Position numbers and translations under genes: made by a program. The notes under the pieces were generated by a model, which was not told where the DNA came from, made no database searches, and saw only the letters and a list, made by a program, of their open reading frames with translations. From NCBI GenBank assembly GCA_016781135.1, contig JADDQY010000078.1, positions 79,834 to 143,833 of the forward strand: 64,000 bases of DNA. Direction: 5' to 3'. Positions within the stretch are counted from its first letter, which is position 1. The number at the start of each line of letters is the position of its first letter. This document shows, piece after piece, positions 38,789-48,633 of the stretch. Source of the stretch: Actinomycetota bacterium (GTDB lineage: Bacteria; Actinomycetota; Acidimicrobiia; Acidimicrobiales; CADCSY01).

Positions 38789-39904
38789 TCAGTAGCGCAC
38801 CAGGGCGCCGATGCGCCCCAGCACGTCGAGATCGGCGTTGCCCACGCACATCTCGACCTTGCACGACTGACCGAGGGCGTCCTCGATTGCTTGCTCGATG
38901 ACGTCGTCGACCTGGTCCATCTCGGTCTCGCACACCGGGCAGGTTCGGCCTATCCGGCCGATCCACCGGCACGTCCCGCACCGCCACCCGACCTGGGTGT
39001 AGCCACAGGAGACGACGAGGGTGTCCACCCGCCGCTCGACCACGGCCGCCAGCGTGGCGTCCACGCCCGCCACCCCCCGGCCGCCGGCGCGCACGGCCTG
39101 GCGGAGCCGCTCCACCACCTCCGCCTCCTTCGCCCGCCCCACCGCCGCTTCGACCTCCAGCGCCGCCAGACGGATCTCGTCGTCGCTGGCGTGCAGCGGG
39201 ATGTGGCTGCGAGCAACCAACCGCTCGCGTACGTAGGTGTGGAGCACGGCCTCGATCTCGGTGGCGAGATCATCGGAGGCGCCGAGGATCAAGTGCTCGA
39301 ACCCCTGGTCCTGGAAGACGGTGAAGGCCATGTCGGCGGCGTGGCGCAGGTGCTGCCTGGCTCGAGCGGCGGTGTGGTCGCGTGCTTGGTCCTTGGTGTA
39401 GCTGTGGTCGTCGTCGTCGCCCCGAGGCAGCTGGTCGAACACCGCGGTCGACTCGACCAACTCTCCCAGCTCGAACACGAACATCCGGGCGCGCTGGCGA
39501 TCGACGAGGAGCACGCCGAAGCGCTCGTACTGGTCGATCACCTGCTCGAGCTGGCCCACGCTCGGGGTGTGGTTGACCACCACCTGGCTGCGTACGGGCA
39601 CCGGCAGCTCGATGACCCGCCAGAAGTCGTGGGCCGAGCACGAGAACATGGCCAGTCCCCGGGTGCGCGAGCGGTCGAGACCGCCCTTGACGTGCTCCTC
39701 GATCCGGCGCAGGTCGTTGGCCACCGAGTGATCCCCGTTCTGGCGAGCACGGGCCACCCGTAGCAGCCGGTCGAGCTCTCGGACCACGTCCTGGTGGCGG
39801 ATCTGGCGGGCCCCGTCGACGTCGAGATAGCACGACGTGACCGGTGCGAGCTTCCCTCGGAAGCCAGCGAGCTCACGCACCTGCTCCTCGGTGATGGCGG
39901 CCAT
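38789..39904 (-). CDS. Bacterial homologue of archaeo-eukaryotic release factor (baeRF / eRF1-pelota-like) with Zn ribbon
   Basis: SD CAGGAGG; VTSCYLD, GLAMFSC, LLVDRQRARMF, eRF1 domain-3-like C-terminus with CGTC-x9-CPVC. Confidence 0.75.
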   Translation of the reverse strand: MAAITEEQVRELAGFRGKLAPVTSCYLDVDGARQIRHQDVVRELDRLLRVARARQNGDHSVANDLRRIEEHVKGGLDRSRTRGLAMFSCSAHDFWRVIELPVPVRSQVVVNHTPSVGQLEQVIDQYERFGVLLVDRQRARMFVFELGELVESTAVFDQLPRGDDDDHSYTKDQARDHTAARARQHLRHAADMAFTVFQDQGFEHLILGASDDLATEIEAVLHTYVRERLVARSHIPLHASDDEIRLAALEVEAAVGRAKEAEVVERLRQAVRAGGRGVAGVDATLAAVVERRVDTLVVSCGYTQVGWRCGTCRWIGRIGRTCPVCETEMDQVDDVIEQAIEDALGQSCKVEMCVGNADLDVLGRIGALVRY

Positions 39905-39998
39905 GGCACCTCCTGGTTGACCGATCGTCTGGACCGGGACCGAGACGGGGCATCGGGATGTGTCGTGTCGTCCTCGATGGTAGGCGCGGCGGTCGGTC

Positions 39999-41129
39999 CT
40001 AGGGTCCGCCGCTGATGCTGGCCAGCCTGGCCTGGAGCTGGACGGCCAGGACGTCGTAGCGGAAGTGGTCGATGACTCGGCTCCGTGCGTGTTGACCCAT
40101 CCGGCGGCGGAGCTCGGGGTCGTCGAGGAGGAGGCCGATGGCTGCCGCCACCGCACCGGCATGGTGCGGCCGATCGACGACGAAGCCGGTCTCGCCGTGG
40201 CGCACCGCCTCCGGGGTGCCGCCGCTGCGACCGGCCACGACCGGGACCCCGACCCCGGCCCCCTCGAGGAACACGATGCCGAAGCCCTCTTGCTCCAGAC
40301 CCCCCCAACGGTTGCGGCACGGGACCGCGAACACGTCCGAGGCGCCCACCAGCAGCGGCAGCGAGCCATGGGCGACCTCGCCCAGCAGGCGGACGGGGGC
40401 ACCGGTGCGGGACACCAGCCGAGCCAGAGCCGCGGCTTTGCGTCCCGCCCCGGCGATGGCCACGACGAGATCGGGACGGGTGGGGGCGAGAAGGGCGGCC
40501 GCCTTCACCAGGACGTCGAAGCCCTTGCGCGGGACCAGGCGGCTGACGCCCACGACCAGGCGACCCTCGGAGGGGAGCCCGAAGCCGGCTCGGGCCTCCG
40601 CTCGCTGGTCGGCGTCGAGAGGACGGAACCGCTCGACGTCGACCCCGGGGGGCACCACGGTGACGGGAAGGGCCGGTCCGGCGAGGCGTTCCACCTCGGC
40701 AGCCACGTAGCCACCACTGGCGATGACGTGCTCGGCGCCGACGAAGACCTCGCCCAACAGCGCTCGACCGCCGGGCAAGCGGGCGGGAACACTGACCTCG
40801 GCGCCGTGGACGGCCACCGCGTAGGGCCGCTCCAGGCGCCTTCCCAGGAGACCGAGAGGCAACGCGGGATCGAGGACGACCACCGACGCCCCCACCGCCT
40901 CCGCAAGGGCGTTGACCTGCCGAGCCAACGCCGGCGTGGGCAGGAGCACCGGCTGCGGGAGGCGCTCGATCCGAAACAGCTGGTTCCGGTCGAAGGCGGC
41001 GTCGCCGTCGTGAGAGGTCGTGACCACGGTGACGTCCCGAGGTGGCAGACGGCGCCACAGCTCCCACAGATAGGCCTGGATCCCCCCGACCTTGGGGGGG
41101 AAGTCATTGGTGACAAGGAGGTGGGCCAC
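39999..41129 (-). CDS. GT4 glycosyltransferase (PimB-like)
   Basis: LLVTNDFPPKVGGIQAY, VSRLVPRKG, EQEGFGIVFLE, GRSGGTPE. Confidence 0.92.
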   Translation of the reverse strand: MAHLLVTNDFPPKVGGIQAYLWELWRRLPPRDVTVVTTSHDGDAAFDRNQLFRIERLPQPVLLPTPALARQVNALAEAVGASVVVLDPALPLGLLGRRLERPYAVAVHGAEVSVPARLPGGRALLGEVFVGAEHVIASGGYVAAEVERLAGPALPVTVVPPGVDVERFRPLDADQRAEARAGFGLPSEGRLVVGVSRLVPRKGFDVLVKAAALLAPTRPDLVVAIAGAGRKAAALARLVSRTGAPVRLLGEVAHGSLPLLVGASDVFAVPCRNRWGGLEQEGFGIVFLEGAGVGVPVVAGRSGGTPEAVRHGETGFVVDRPHHAGAVAAAIGLLLDDPELRRRMGQHARSRVIDHFRYDVLAVQLQARLASISGGP

Positions 41130-41176
41130 CGCTCAGCCCCGGCCCTTGTCACGGGACGGCTCGGCGGCGGAGGCGG

Positions 41177-43249
41177 TCAACCCCGTCTGAGTCGGCGGCG
41201 GCGGCGCTTCGGCTCGCCGTCGGCCCCGGCGACGGACGGGGGGTAGAGCGCAGCCAGGCCCTCTACCACCGTGGCGGCGTCGTCGGGGTCGACCGGCGGG
41301 GCGGGAGGCGGCGCCTCGGCGGCCCGGGTGAGGTCGGGGCGGAACACCGCGGACGCCGATGACCGAGGCGGGTCTGGTCGTGCCAGCTCCTCGGGCTCGC
41401 CCCGAGCAGGCGCCGACGGGGACGCGCCCTCGGGCCTGCGGGCCGAGCGGGCTCGAGGTGATCGCCGGGCGCCGGGGGGTGGGGCAGGAGACTCACCGAT
41501 GGGCTCGGCGACCGCGTCTCGAACATGGTCGGGCACGGCGATCGGGGCCGGCGCAGGAAGCGGGCCATGGAGGAGCTCGCTGTCGGCAACGCCATCTTCG
41601 CCGTCGGGTGGCGCCTCCCGCCGGGGAGCAGCGCCACGGGGCGAGCTCGGCCCCGACGCTCGGCGGAAGATGCGATCCTCACCCCGGGGCGCCGGCACCG
41701 AGCTCGAGCTGGTATCGGGGGCAGCGCTGGCTTCGTCCTCGCCGTCGTCGGCGTCGCTCACCCGGGCCGGACCGGGTAGCGCGAACACCCGGTCCGGGGG
41801 ATCCGACACCGCGTCCCGGTGCGGAGGCGAACTCGGAGGCTCCGCTGCCGGCGGTGCCGATGGCTCCGCAATCGGCGGTGACGGCTCGGCGACAGACGCG
41901 GCAGGATCGGGCAGGTCCGAGGCTTCGGTGGTGCTCGCCGACGGGGCCAGTGGAGCTTTCTCTGGCGGCGGCGCCTTCTTGGCCGAGGAGCCCCGCTTGG
42001 CCGGCGCTGCCCTGGTGACCGGCGACGCCTTGGTGGTGGCGGGTGCCATCTGTGGGGTCGGGGCGATCCGCTTCGCCGGCGACGTCATTGGTGGCGCCTC
42101 TTTGGCGACCGCCCTCCGGGAGCGGGAAAGTTCACCCGCCCCAGCGGCCTTCTTGGTGGCTGGCACCTTGGTCGCGAAGGTGAGCCGCTTGGCGGGAGCA
42201 GCGTTCGCCCTTTCGGCCTTCTCCGCCTTCGTGGTCGCGCCCGCCTTCTTGGCCGCTGCGGCCTTGGCCGCTGCCGCCTTGGCCGCTGCCGCTTTCGTCG
42301 TCGCGCTCGCCTTCTTGGCTCCTGCCGCCTTGGCCGCTGCCGCCTTGGCCCCTGCCGCCTTCGTGGTCGCGCTCGCCTTCTTGGCCCCTGCCGCCTTGGC
42401 CGCCGCCGCCTTCGTGCTCACCGACACCTCGTTCGCCGCGCTGGCCTTCCTGCCCGGTGACTGCTTCTTCACGGGTGCCGGCACGCCGGTCGCCGCAGGC
42501 GCCTCCCCGGCCAGGCTCGACGCCGTGGCCGCCGCCCGTCGACGGCGCTTGCCCGACGACGGTGGGGCCACCGGGGCGACCGCCGGAGTCTCGTCGGCCA
42601 CCAGCGGCATGGCCCGGCCCTGGGCGACGTGCCCGAGCTGACCCGCCAACCGGTCGCGCGCCTGGAGGCGTCCCTTGGCCAGATCGACGATCCACTCGGC
42701 CTGCTGGGGGCGGCCGCGAGATGTGTAGGCGAAGCGGACGACCCACAGCCCGTCGGAGAGCTGGAACCCGCTCCACAACGTCTCGAGCTCGTCGTCGGGG
42801 AGTCGCAGCCCCCGTTCGAGCAGGTTGCGCTGCACGGACGCCCCGAGGGGAAGAATGGAGGGCCCGAGGCGCGCCTTGTCGAACACGAGCTCTCGCGCCC
42901 GGTTCACGACCTGGGCCTGTTCTGCCCGTACCGGAGCGGCGAAGCGGTTGACCCACGCCACGTCAGTGCCCGCTTCCTTGGCGACCTCCTCGACGGTCCA
43001 CCCCGCTCGCAACCGGTCCTGCAGCTCCCGGGGCGACAACGCGCTTCCCTGGCGTGACGCCGCTCGGCGATTGTCGGTGCCGGGCTGGCCGGCGCCAGCT
43101 GCGGATCGGATACGACCGGCGTCATTCATGACCTGCAGCAGGCGGTCGTCGAGCACCACCACGTGGGAACCTGAGGTGGAGCCCTCCCGGTCGGAGAGGA
43201 TCAAACCGTCGAGGTCGGGCGTGAACCCTACGAAGTGGAGCTTCTGCAC
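41177..43249 (-). CDS. sepH: Septation protein SepH (DUF3071) with a long Ala/Lys- and Pro-rich tail
   Basis: [25 protein letters not shown] (HTH), [15 protein letters not shown]. Confidence 0.8.
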   Translation of the reverse strand: MQKLHFVGFTPDLDGLILSDREGSTSGSHVVVLDDRLLQVMNDAGRIRSAAGAGQPGTDNRRAASRQGSALSPRELQDRLRAGWTVEEVAKEAGTDVAWVNRFAAPVRAEQAQVVNRARELVFDKARLGPSILPLGASVQRNLLERGLRLPDDELETLWSGFQLSDGLWVVRFAYTSRGRPQQAEWIVDLAKGRLQARDRLAGQLGHVAQGRAMPLVADETPAVAPVAPPSSGKRRRRAAATASSLAGEAPAATGVPAPVKKQSPGRKASAANEVSVSTKAAAAKAAGAKKASATTKAAGAKAAAAKAAGAKKASATTKAAAAKAAAAKAAAAKKAGATTKAEKAERANAAPAKRLTFATKVPATKKAAGAGELSRSRRAVAKEAPPMTSPAKRIAPTPQMAPATTKASPVTRAAPAKRGSSAKKAPPPEKAPLAPSASTTEASDLPDPAASVAEPSPPIAEPSAPPAAEPPSSPPHRDAVSDPPDRVFALPGPARVSDADDGEDEASAAPDTSSSSVPAPRGEDRIFRRASGPSSPRGAAPRREAPPDGEDGVADSELLHGPLPAPAPIAVPDHVRDAVAEPIGESPAPPPGARRSPRARSARRPEGASPSAPARGEPEELARPDPPRSSASAVFRPDLTRAAEAPPPAPPVDPDDAATVVEGLAALYPPSVAGADGEPKRRRRRLRRG
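42225..42412 (-). repeat. Nested tandem repeat in sepH: 15-bp KAAAA units within a 66-bp higher-order unit
   Basis: Protein [17 protein letters not shown] / [22 protein letters not shown] / [22 protein letters not shown]; DNA unit gccttcgtggtcgcg starts near 42225, 42291 and 42357. Confidence 0.9.
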
Positions 43250-43354
43250 ACGGTCCCCCGGAAGTGTCCGGCCCGTGGGTCGGACCGGCCCTCAGCCGAC
43301 GGTAGCACCAAGGGCTCGCACATTCGCGGACCCCGACGCGACGTCACCGTGGCG

Positions 43355-44644
43355 TCACCGGTTCAGTGGTCGCTTCATGGCGGCGAGCAGCTGGGCTGCT
43401 CCCACGACGTTGGCGCCGAGGCGGCGGGCGCCATCGCGAACTCGCCGGTCATCGGAGGCGACGACGACTGGTCCCTGGCCGGGTGCCCGCGCACGCTCCA
43501 GCACGACGTCGTCGGCGTCGACCCCGGCCGGCGAGAACCGCACCTGCACCCCGGCGCGGCGGGCGAGGTCGGGGGGTGCGCTTCCTTGGTCGTCGGCCCC
43601 GTCGAACACCACCTCGAAGCGGGCACCGGTACGGGTGGCGGTCTCCATGGCCGCGTCCACCAGCCAACGCCGTTGCTCGGCCAAGGTCATCTCGGGACGG
43701 GCCAGCTTGGTGAGGTTGTAGCCGTCGACGAGGACGACCACGCCCTCGGTGCGCAGGAGATGCTCGGCCGCTTCGACGCTGTCGTCGAGGATCGCCGGCG
43801 GCAGGGCTGCGGGCTGACGTGGCCGCGCCGGCGCTGGCCCCGGTGGCGGCGAGGGCGGCACCGGAAGGGCGGAGCCGGTCTGCTCCTCGACGTCGAGCAA
43901 CGGGGCGAGCTCGCGCCCGAGGTCGGCGAGGGCGACGCTGATCCCATCGGCGGCCTGGAGCACGGCACCGTAGGTCGCCACCAGTGCCCGGGGGTCGAAG
44001 TCGAGCTCGACGCCCGCAGGCGAGCCCGCCTCCGCTGCGGGTGCCCCGACCTCCACACCGTCGCCGCCTCGTGGTTCGGCCTCGGGGGCTCCCTCGAGCG
44101 TCTCTTGGAGGCGCGCCACCAACGAGCGCAGCTCGGCGACCTCCGCCTCGAGGTCGTTCGAACGCCGGCGCGAGCGGCCCGCGTCGGTCTCGATCCGACG
44201 GCGGGCCCGACGCTCGGACGCGACCAGCTCCTTGGTCTCGACCAGCTCCGCCCCGAGGCGAGCGGCGGCCTCCTCGGCCCGCCGCCGAGCGGCGTGGGCG
44301 ACCGCCAGCCGCTTGGAGATCACCGACTCCGCTTGCCGCTGGCTTGCCTCGCCCGCCTCCTGCGAGGCGACGGCGATCAGCGCCTCGAGCTCGTTCTCCC
44401 ACCCCTCCGGCCGGTCGAGGAACAGCCAGGACGCTCGTCCCACCCGATCCTCCGAGGTCGAACGGCGCACCTGGTCCCGGAACCCCTCGTCCTCGTCGAG
44501 GACCTTCCGGACGGCGGTGACGGCCCGGTCGGGCAGCCGGGTGAAGCGCAGGAACGGGCGCAGTCCCCGGGGTGGGGGTGTACCGCTGTCGTCGTCTGCC
44601 TGCAGCCGGGCCAGCGCCACGGCTGCTTCCACCGCCGAGCGCAC
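43355..44644 (-). CDS. Coiled-coil protein with a C-terminal YacP/Rae1-like NYN ribonuclease domain
   Basis: VLVDGYN, VVFDG, ADD, VASDDR; central coiled coil. Confidence 0.85.
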   Translation of the reverse strand: MRSAVEAAVALARLQADDDSGTPPPRGLRPFLRFTRLPDRAVTAVRKVLDEDEGFRDQVRRSTSEDRVGRASWLFLDRPEGWENELEALIAVASQEAGEASQRQAESVISKRLAVAHAARRRAEEAAARLGAELVETKELVASERRARRRIETDAGRSRRRSNDLEAEVAELRSLVARLQETLEGAPEAEPRGGDGVEVGAPAAEAGSPAGVELDFDPRALVATYGAVLQAADGISVALADLGRELAPLLDVEEQTGSALPVPPSPPPGPAPARPRQPAALPPAILDDSVEAAEHLLRTEGVVVLVDGYNLTKLARPEMTLAEQRRWLVDAAMETATRTGARFEVVFDGADDQGSAPPDLARRAGVQVRFSPAGVDADDVVLERARAPGQGPVVVASDDRRVRDGARRLGANVVGAAQLLAAMKRPLNR

Positions 44645-44692
44645 CAGCTCGTCAGGAGGGTGCAGCGGAGCTCCCCTCGAGCCCGTTCGTCA

Positions 44693-45526
44693 TCACACCT
44701 GGCAGCCGGCGCAGAAGAACGTGGAGCGTTGGCCCCACTTCGCCCGCACGATCGGCTGACGGCAACGCCGGCACGCCTCCCCCTCCCGGGCGTAGACCTT
44801 GTGCTCGACCTGATAGCCACCGATGACCCCGTAGAGGTCGCGATACTGCTGGTCCGACAGCGACGAGCCCCGGAGCTTGACCGCCTCGTGCAAGGTCTCC
44901 AACAGCGCCCGGTACAGTCGCCGCACCTCCTGGGTGCTGAGCGACTCGGAGCTGCGGTCATGGCGGAGGCCGGCGGCCCAGAGGATCTCGTCGCTGTAGA
45001 TGTTGCCGATTCCGGCGACGAAGCGCTGGTCCATGAGGAGGGTCTTCAGCTTCACCTTGCGAGCCCGCAGGCGGGCACCGAAGGCGTCCCAGCTCATGAC
45101 GTCCTCGAGCGGGTCGAAGCCCAGCTCGCTGACCTCGGGGACGTCGTAGGCCAGCGACTCGGCGGCCACCGCGAACATCTCGCCGAAGGTGCGGGGGTCG
45201 ACGAAGCGCAGCTGCCCCCCTTGGGTGAAGGTGATGGTCACGTGGGTGTGGGGGGCAACGGCGTCTTTTGGCGCGACCTTGAGCAGCTGGCCGCTCATGC
45301 CGAGATGGATGACGAGGACCTCGTCGCCGAGCGACAGCAGCAGGTACTTGCCCCGGCGCGACACGCGCTCGATCTTGTGGCCCTCGACCTTGGCGATGAA
45401 GTGCTTCTTGTTCGGGTGACGGCGGATGGCTCGCATCCCGGTCACCTCCACCGCCTTGATCCTGCGCCCGACCACTTCCTTGTCGAGGTCCCGGCGCAGC
45501 GTCTCCACCTCGGGGAGCTCGGGCAT
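44693..45526 (-). CDS. mutM: Formamidopyrimidine-DNA glycosylase
   Basis: MPELPEVET, RRGKY, HLGMSG, DPRTFG, GIGNIYSDE, C-terminal Zn finger. Confidence 0.97.
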   Translation of the reverse strand: MPELPEVETLRRDLDKEVVGRRIKAVEVTGMRAIRRHPNKKHFIAKVEGHKIERVSRRGKYLLLSLGDEVLVIHLGMSGQLLKVAPKDAVAPHTHVTITFTQGGQLRFVDPRTFGEMFAVAAESLAYDVPEVSELGFDPLEDVMSWDAFGARLRARKVKLKTLLMDQRFVAGIGNIYSDEILWAAGLRHDRSSESLSTQEVRRLYRALLETLHEAVKLRGSSLSDQQYRDLYGVIGGYQVEHKVYAREGEACRRCRQPIVRAKWGQRSTFFCAGCQV

Positions 45527-46239
45527 CAGTCGCTTCCCTCGATGCCGGGCGGAGCCCCCTCCAGGACCTTCCACACCATCCGGGCCGCAGCCTGCTCGGC
45601 CTGCTTCTTCGACCGTCCCTGTCCGGTGCCCCGAGCGGTGTCGCCGACCCAGACCGTGGCGGAGAAGTGCTTGGCGTGATCGGGGCCGTGGTCGGCCACC
45701 TCGTATCGGGGCACGGTCTCGAAGCGCCGGGCAGACAGCTCCTGGAGACGTGTCTTGTAGTCCTGCCCACCGGGGCCCGAGGCGGCGTCGGCAATGCGGC
45801 CGGCTACCAGGCGCAGCACCAGCCCGGCGGCGGCATCCCAGCCACCGTCGAGGTACACCGCCCCGATGACCGCCTCGGTGGCGTCGGCGAGGATGGAGGG
45901 CTTCTCCCGGCCGCCCGAGGCGTCCTCGCCCTTTCCCAGCAGCAGCCCCTCGCCCACACCCAGCTCGAGCGCCAGCTCCGCAAGCGCCGCCGCACTCACC
46001 ACCGTGGCCCGTACCTTTGCCAGCTCGCCCTCGGGCAGCGTCGGGTAGGTGCGGTAGACGTGGTTGGTGACCACCAGGCCGAGCACGGCGTCACCGAGGA
46101 ACTCCAACCGTTCGTTCGACTCGTGGCCCGGCCATTCGGCGCACCACGACCGGTGGGTGAGGGCGCGCACCAACAGCTCCTCGTCGTCGAAGTGGTACTC
46201 GAGGCGCCCGATCAGCGCCTCTGTACGGGGCGCGGCCAA
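45526..46239 (-). CDS. rnc: Ribonuclease III
   Basis: ALTHRS, NERLEFLGDAVL, EAVIGAVYLD, dsRBD DYKTRLQE, SKKQAEQ. Confidence 0.97.
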   Translation of the reverse strand: MAAPRTEALIGRLEYHFDDEELLVRALTHRSWCAEWPGHESNERLEFLGDAVLGLVVTNHVYRTYPTLPEGELAKVRATVVSAAALAELALELGVGEGLLLGKGEDASGGREKPSILADATEAVIGAVYLDGGWDAAAGLVLRLVAGRIADAASGPGGQDYKTRLQELSARRFETVPRYEVADHGPDHAKHFSATVWVGDTARGTGQGRSKKQAEQAAARMVWKVLEGAPPGIEGSD

Positions 46240-46246
46240 GCGTGCC

Positions 46247-46537
46247 TCAGCCGAGGCGGGCGCAGACGTAATCGACGGCGTCTCGCACCGTCTTCAGGTC
46301 CTCGAGGTCTTCGTCCTCGATACGGAAACCGACGGTACGCTCGCCCACCTCCTCTTCGATGGCCTCCACCAGCTCAATGAGGGCCAGCGAGTCGGCCTCC
46401 AGGTCCTCGCTGAACGAATCGGCCTCGGCGATTCCGGAGGCGTCGATCTCCAGAATGTCGGCAAGGCGGTCGCGGATGAGCTCGAAGACCGCAGCTCGGT
46501 CCATCGGGCTGTGCTCCACATGGGTCTCAGCAGGCAC
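46247..46537 (-). CDS. acpP: Acyl carrier protein
   Basis: DLEADSLALIEL phosphopantetheine motif, TVRDAVDY; GGAG SD before GTG 46537. Confidence 0.93.
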   Translation of the reverse strand: MPAETHVEHSPMDRAAVFELIRDRLADILEIDASGIAEADSFSEDLEADSLALIELVEAIEEEVGERTVGFRIEDEDLEDLKTVRDAVDYVCARLG

Positions 46538-46654
46538 AGGGCACTCCATCTGCTTTGGACGATCAGGGCGAGGTCAGGCGGGCCGACCTTGATGGCACGG
46601 AGACGGAAGTCTACACCCCGCGCACTTGCGCGCTTGTGAACACCTCTCGCCCGC

Positions 46655-47644
46655 TCACGGCTTGACCGCCGACGCCAGGGCGGCCACCAGATCGGCCTCG
46701 ACCATCTCCCGAGCGACGCCGAGGGCGTTGACGACGGCCTTGGCCGACGACGACCCGTGGCTGATGATGCACACTCCGTCGACGCCGAGGAGCATCGCCC
46801 CCCCGTAGCTTTCGGGATCGAGCTCGGTGACGAGAGGCAGCACCGCCGGCCACAGGACCTCGAACGCTGCCCGCAGCTCCTCGGTCGCGGTCATGGCTTC
46901 CAGCAGTGCTCGCTCGATGAAGCGCATCCCTCCTTCGAGGGTCTTGAGCACGACGTTGCCGGTGAACCCGTCGGTGACCACCACCTCGACGTCGTCGCTC
47001 ATCACGTCACGACCCTCGACGTTGCCGACGAACTTCCCACCGGAACCCCTGCTCCACGCCGGATCGGCGAGCAAGGCATGGGCCTCCTTGACCAGGCCGC
47101 TGCCCTTGGTTGCCTCCTCCCCCACCGACAACAGGCCGACCCGGGGTTCGTCGACCCCGTATCGCGCTCGGGCGTACACCGCCCCCATCTGCGCGAACTG
47201 CACCAGCCAGCTGGCCTGGCACTCGGCGTTGGCACCGGCGTCGAGCAGCACCGTCGGGCGCGACCTGGGTACGGGGATGGGGGTGGCGATGGCCGGGCGG
47301 TGGACGCCTCGGATCCGGCCCATCCGCAGCAAGGCGCTGGCCATGGCCGCCCCGGTGTTGCCGGCGCTGACCATGGCCGAGGCCGCCCCGTCGCGCACGG
47401 CCTCGGCGGCACGCAGGACCGATGCATCCTTCTTGCCGCGTATCGCCCTTCCCGGGTCGTCGTGCATCTCGATGACCTCGGTGCAAGCCAGGACCTCGAG
47501 GTCTCCGGCCCCGCTGGCGGCGATGTCGTCGGGCCGGCCCACCAGGAGCACGGGGATCCCACCTTCGGCGGCGGTGCGGGCACCAGCGACGATCTCGCCC
47601 GGGGCCCGGTCCCCCCCCATGGCGTCGACCGCGACCGGCTTCAT
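46655..47644 (-). CDS. plsX: Phosphate acyltransferase PlsX
   Basis: VAVDAMGGDRAP, SAGNTGA, RPAIA, LDAGAN, GNVEG, TDGFTGNVVLK, HGSS. Confidence 0.96.
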   Translation of the reverse strand: MKPVAVDAMGGDRAPGEIVAGARTAAEGGIPVLLVGRPDDIAASGAGDLEVLACTEVIEMHDDPGRAIRGKKDASVLRAAEAVRDGAASAMVSAGNTGAAMASALLRMGRIRGVHRPAIATPIPVPRSRPTVLLDAGANAECQASWLVQFAQMGAVYARARYGVDEPRVGLLSVGEEATKGSGLVKEAHALLADPAWSRGSGGKFVGNVEGRDVMSDDVEVVVTDGFTGNVVLKTLEGGMRFIERALLEAMTATEELRAAFEVLWPAVLPLVTELDPESYGGAMLLGVDGVCIISHGSSSAKAVVNALGVAREMVEADLVAALASAVKP

Positions 47645-47713
47645 GGTGTGGCGGGACCCACGCGGTGGAGGTGGCGGCTCAGGGCCGGCAGCGGGAGGAG
47701 GTGTCGCTGGTGC

Positions 47714-47893
47714 TCACTCGACCTCGATGGCCTGGCGCCCGCCGTACCAACCGCAGGTGGAGCACACGACATGAGGCAGCTTGGCCGAGCCGCACTGCGG
47801 ACACACGCTGCGGGCGGGGACCGACAGGGTCCACGCCGACGCCCGGCGGCTCCTGGCCTTGGCCTTGCTGGTCTTCTTCTTGGGAACAGCCAT
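47714..47893 (-). CDS. rpmF: 50S ribosomal protein bL32 (Zn-binding form)
   Basis: MAVPKKKTSK...CPQC...PHVVCSTCGWY. Confidence 0.96.
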   Translation of the reverse strand: MAVPKKKTSKAKARSRRASAWTLSVPARSVCPQCGSAKLPHVVCSTCGWYGGRQAIEVE

Positions 47894-48120
47894 CGCCCGC
47901 ACTCCTCATGCTCGCCGGCCCCCGGAAGCCGAGCCAGGCTAGCCGCTGCCCTGCTCCTCACCCCCATCGACGCCGACGCGGAGCCACCGCTGCGGCCAGG
48001 GCAGCCGCGGCTACGCCGTCCCACGAGAACGCGGGCTGAGGCGCGGTCAGCGCAGCGGCACCGGAGAAGGTGACCGGCGCTGCGGACGGGTGCTCCGCCG
48101 GCGCCCTGAGCACGACGAGC

Positions 48121-48633
48121 TCACTCCTCGAAGCGCAGGCCCTCGAGGCCGGCCCACCGGGGGTCGGGATCGTCGGTCCCGCACCCGCACGGCACCTCGT
48201 TGCGATCGGCACCGCAGCGCGGGCACAAGCCGGCACAGTCGTGGCGGCACAGCGGAGCCAGGGGGAGCTCGAGCAGCACCGCCTCGCGGACGACGGGTTC
48301 GAGATCGATCTCGGTGCCCTCGAGGAGCTGGGTCTCACCCTCGGTGGGATGGGCTTCGTAGACCTCGAGGATCCCAGTGCGGAGCTTCGACTTCACCGGG
48401 CCCAGGCATCGCCGGCACTCCCCCACCCACGGTGCCTCGGCCGTGCCCTTGACCACCATCCCCTCGTTGAGCGACTCGAGGTCGACCTCGACGTGCACGG
48501 CTGCGTCTAGCGGCACCTGGGACCCGAGGACCTGCAGGCCGTCGAGCACCGCGTCGATCGACTCGTGGCGGCGCTGGCCGGGACGACGAAGGAGGTCGGC
48601 GACGCTGACGGTGAGCACGCGAGGCCGGCTCAC
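48121..48633 (-). CDS. yceD: DUF177 / YceD family protein
   Basis: ECRRCL, IDLEPVVRE, PLCRHDCAGLCPRCG, DPRW; directly upstream of rpmF. Confidence 0.92.
   Translation of the reverse strand: MSRPRVLTVSVADLLRRPGQRRHESIDAVLDGLQVLGSQVPLDAAVHVEVDLESLNEGMVVKGTAEAPWVGECRRCLGPVKSKLRTGILEVYEAHPTEGETQLLEGTEIDLEPVVREAVLLELPLAPLCRHDCAGLCPRCGADRNEVPCGCGTDDPDPRWAGLEGLRFEE

Noticed and set aside
44652-44693. 13-codon mini-ORF (MTNGLEGSSAAPS) overlapping the mutM stop just before the NYN gene
   Set aside because: Too short to evaluate; may be chance, or a start-site ambiguity for the NYN gene.
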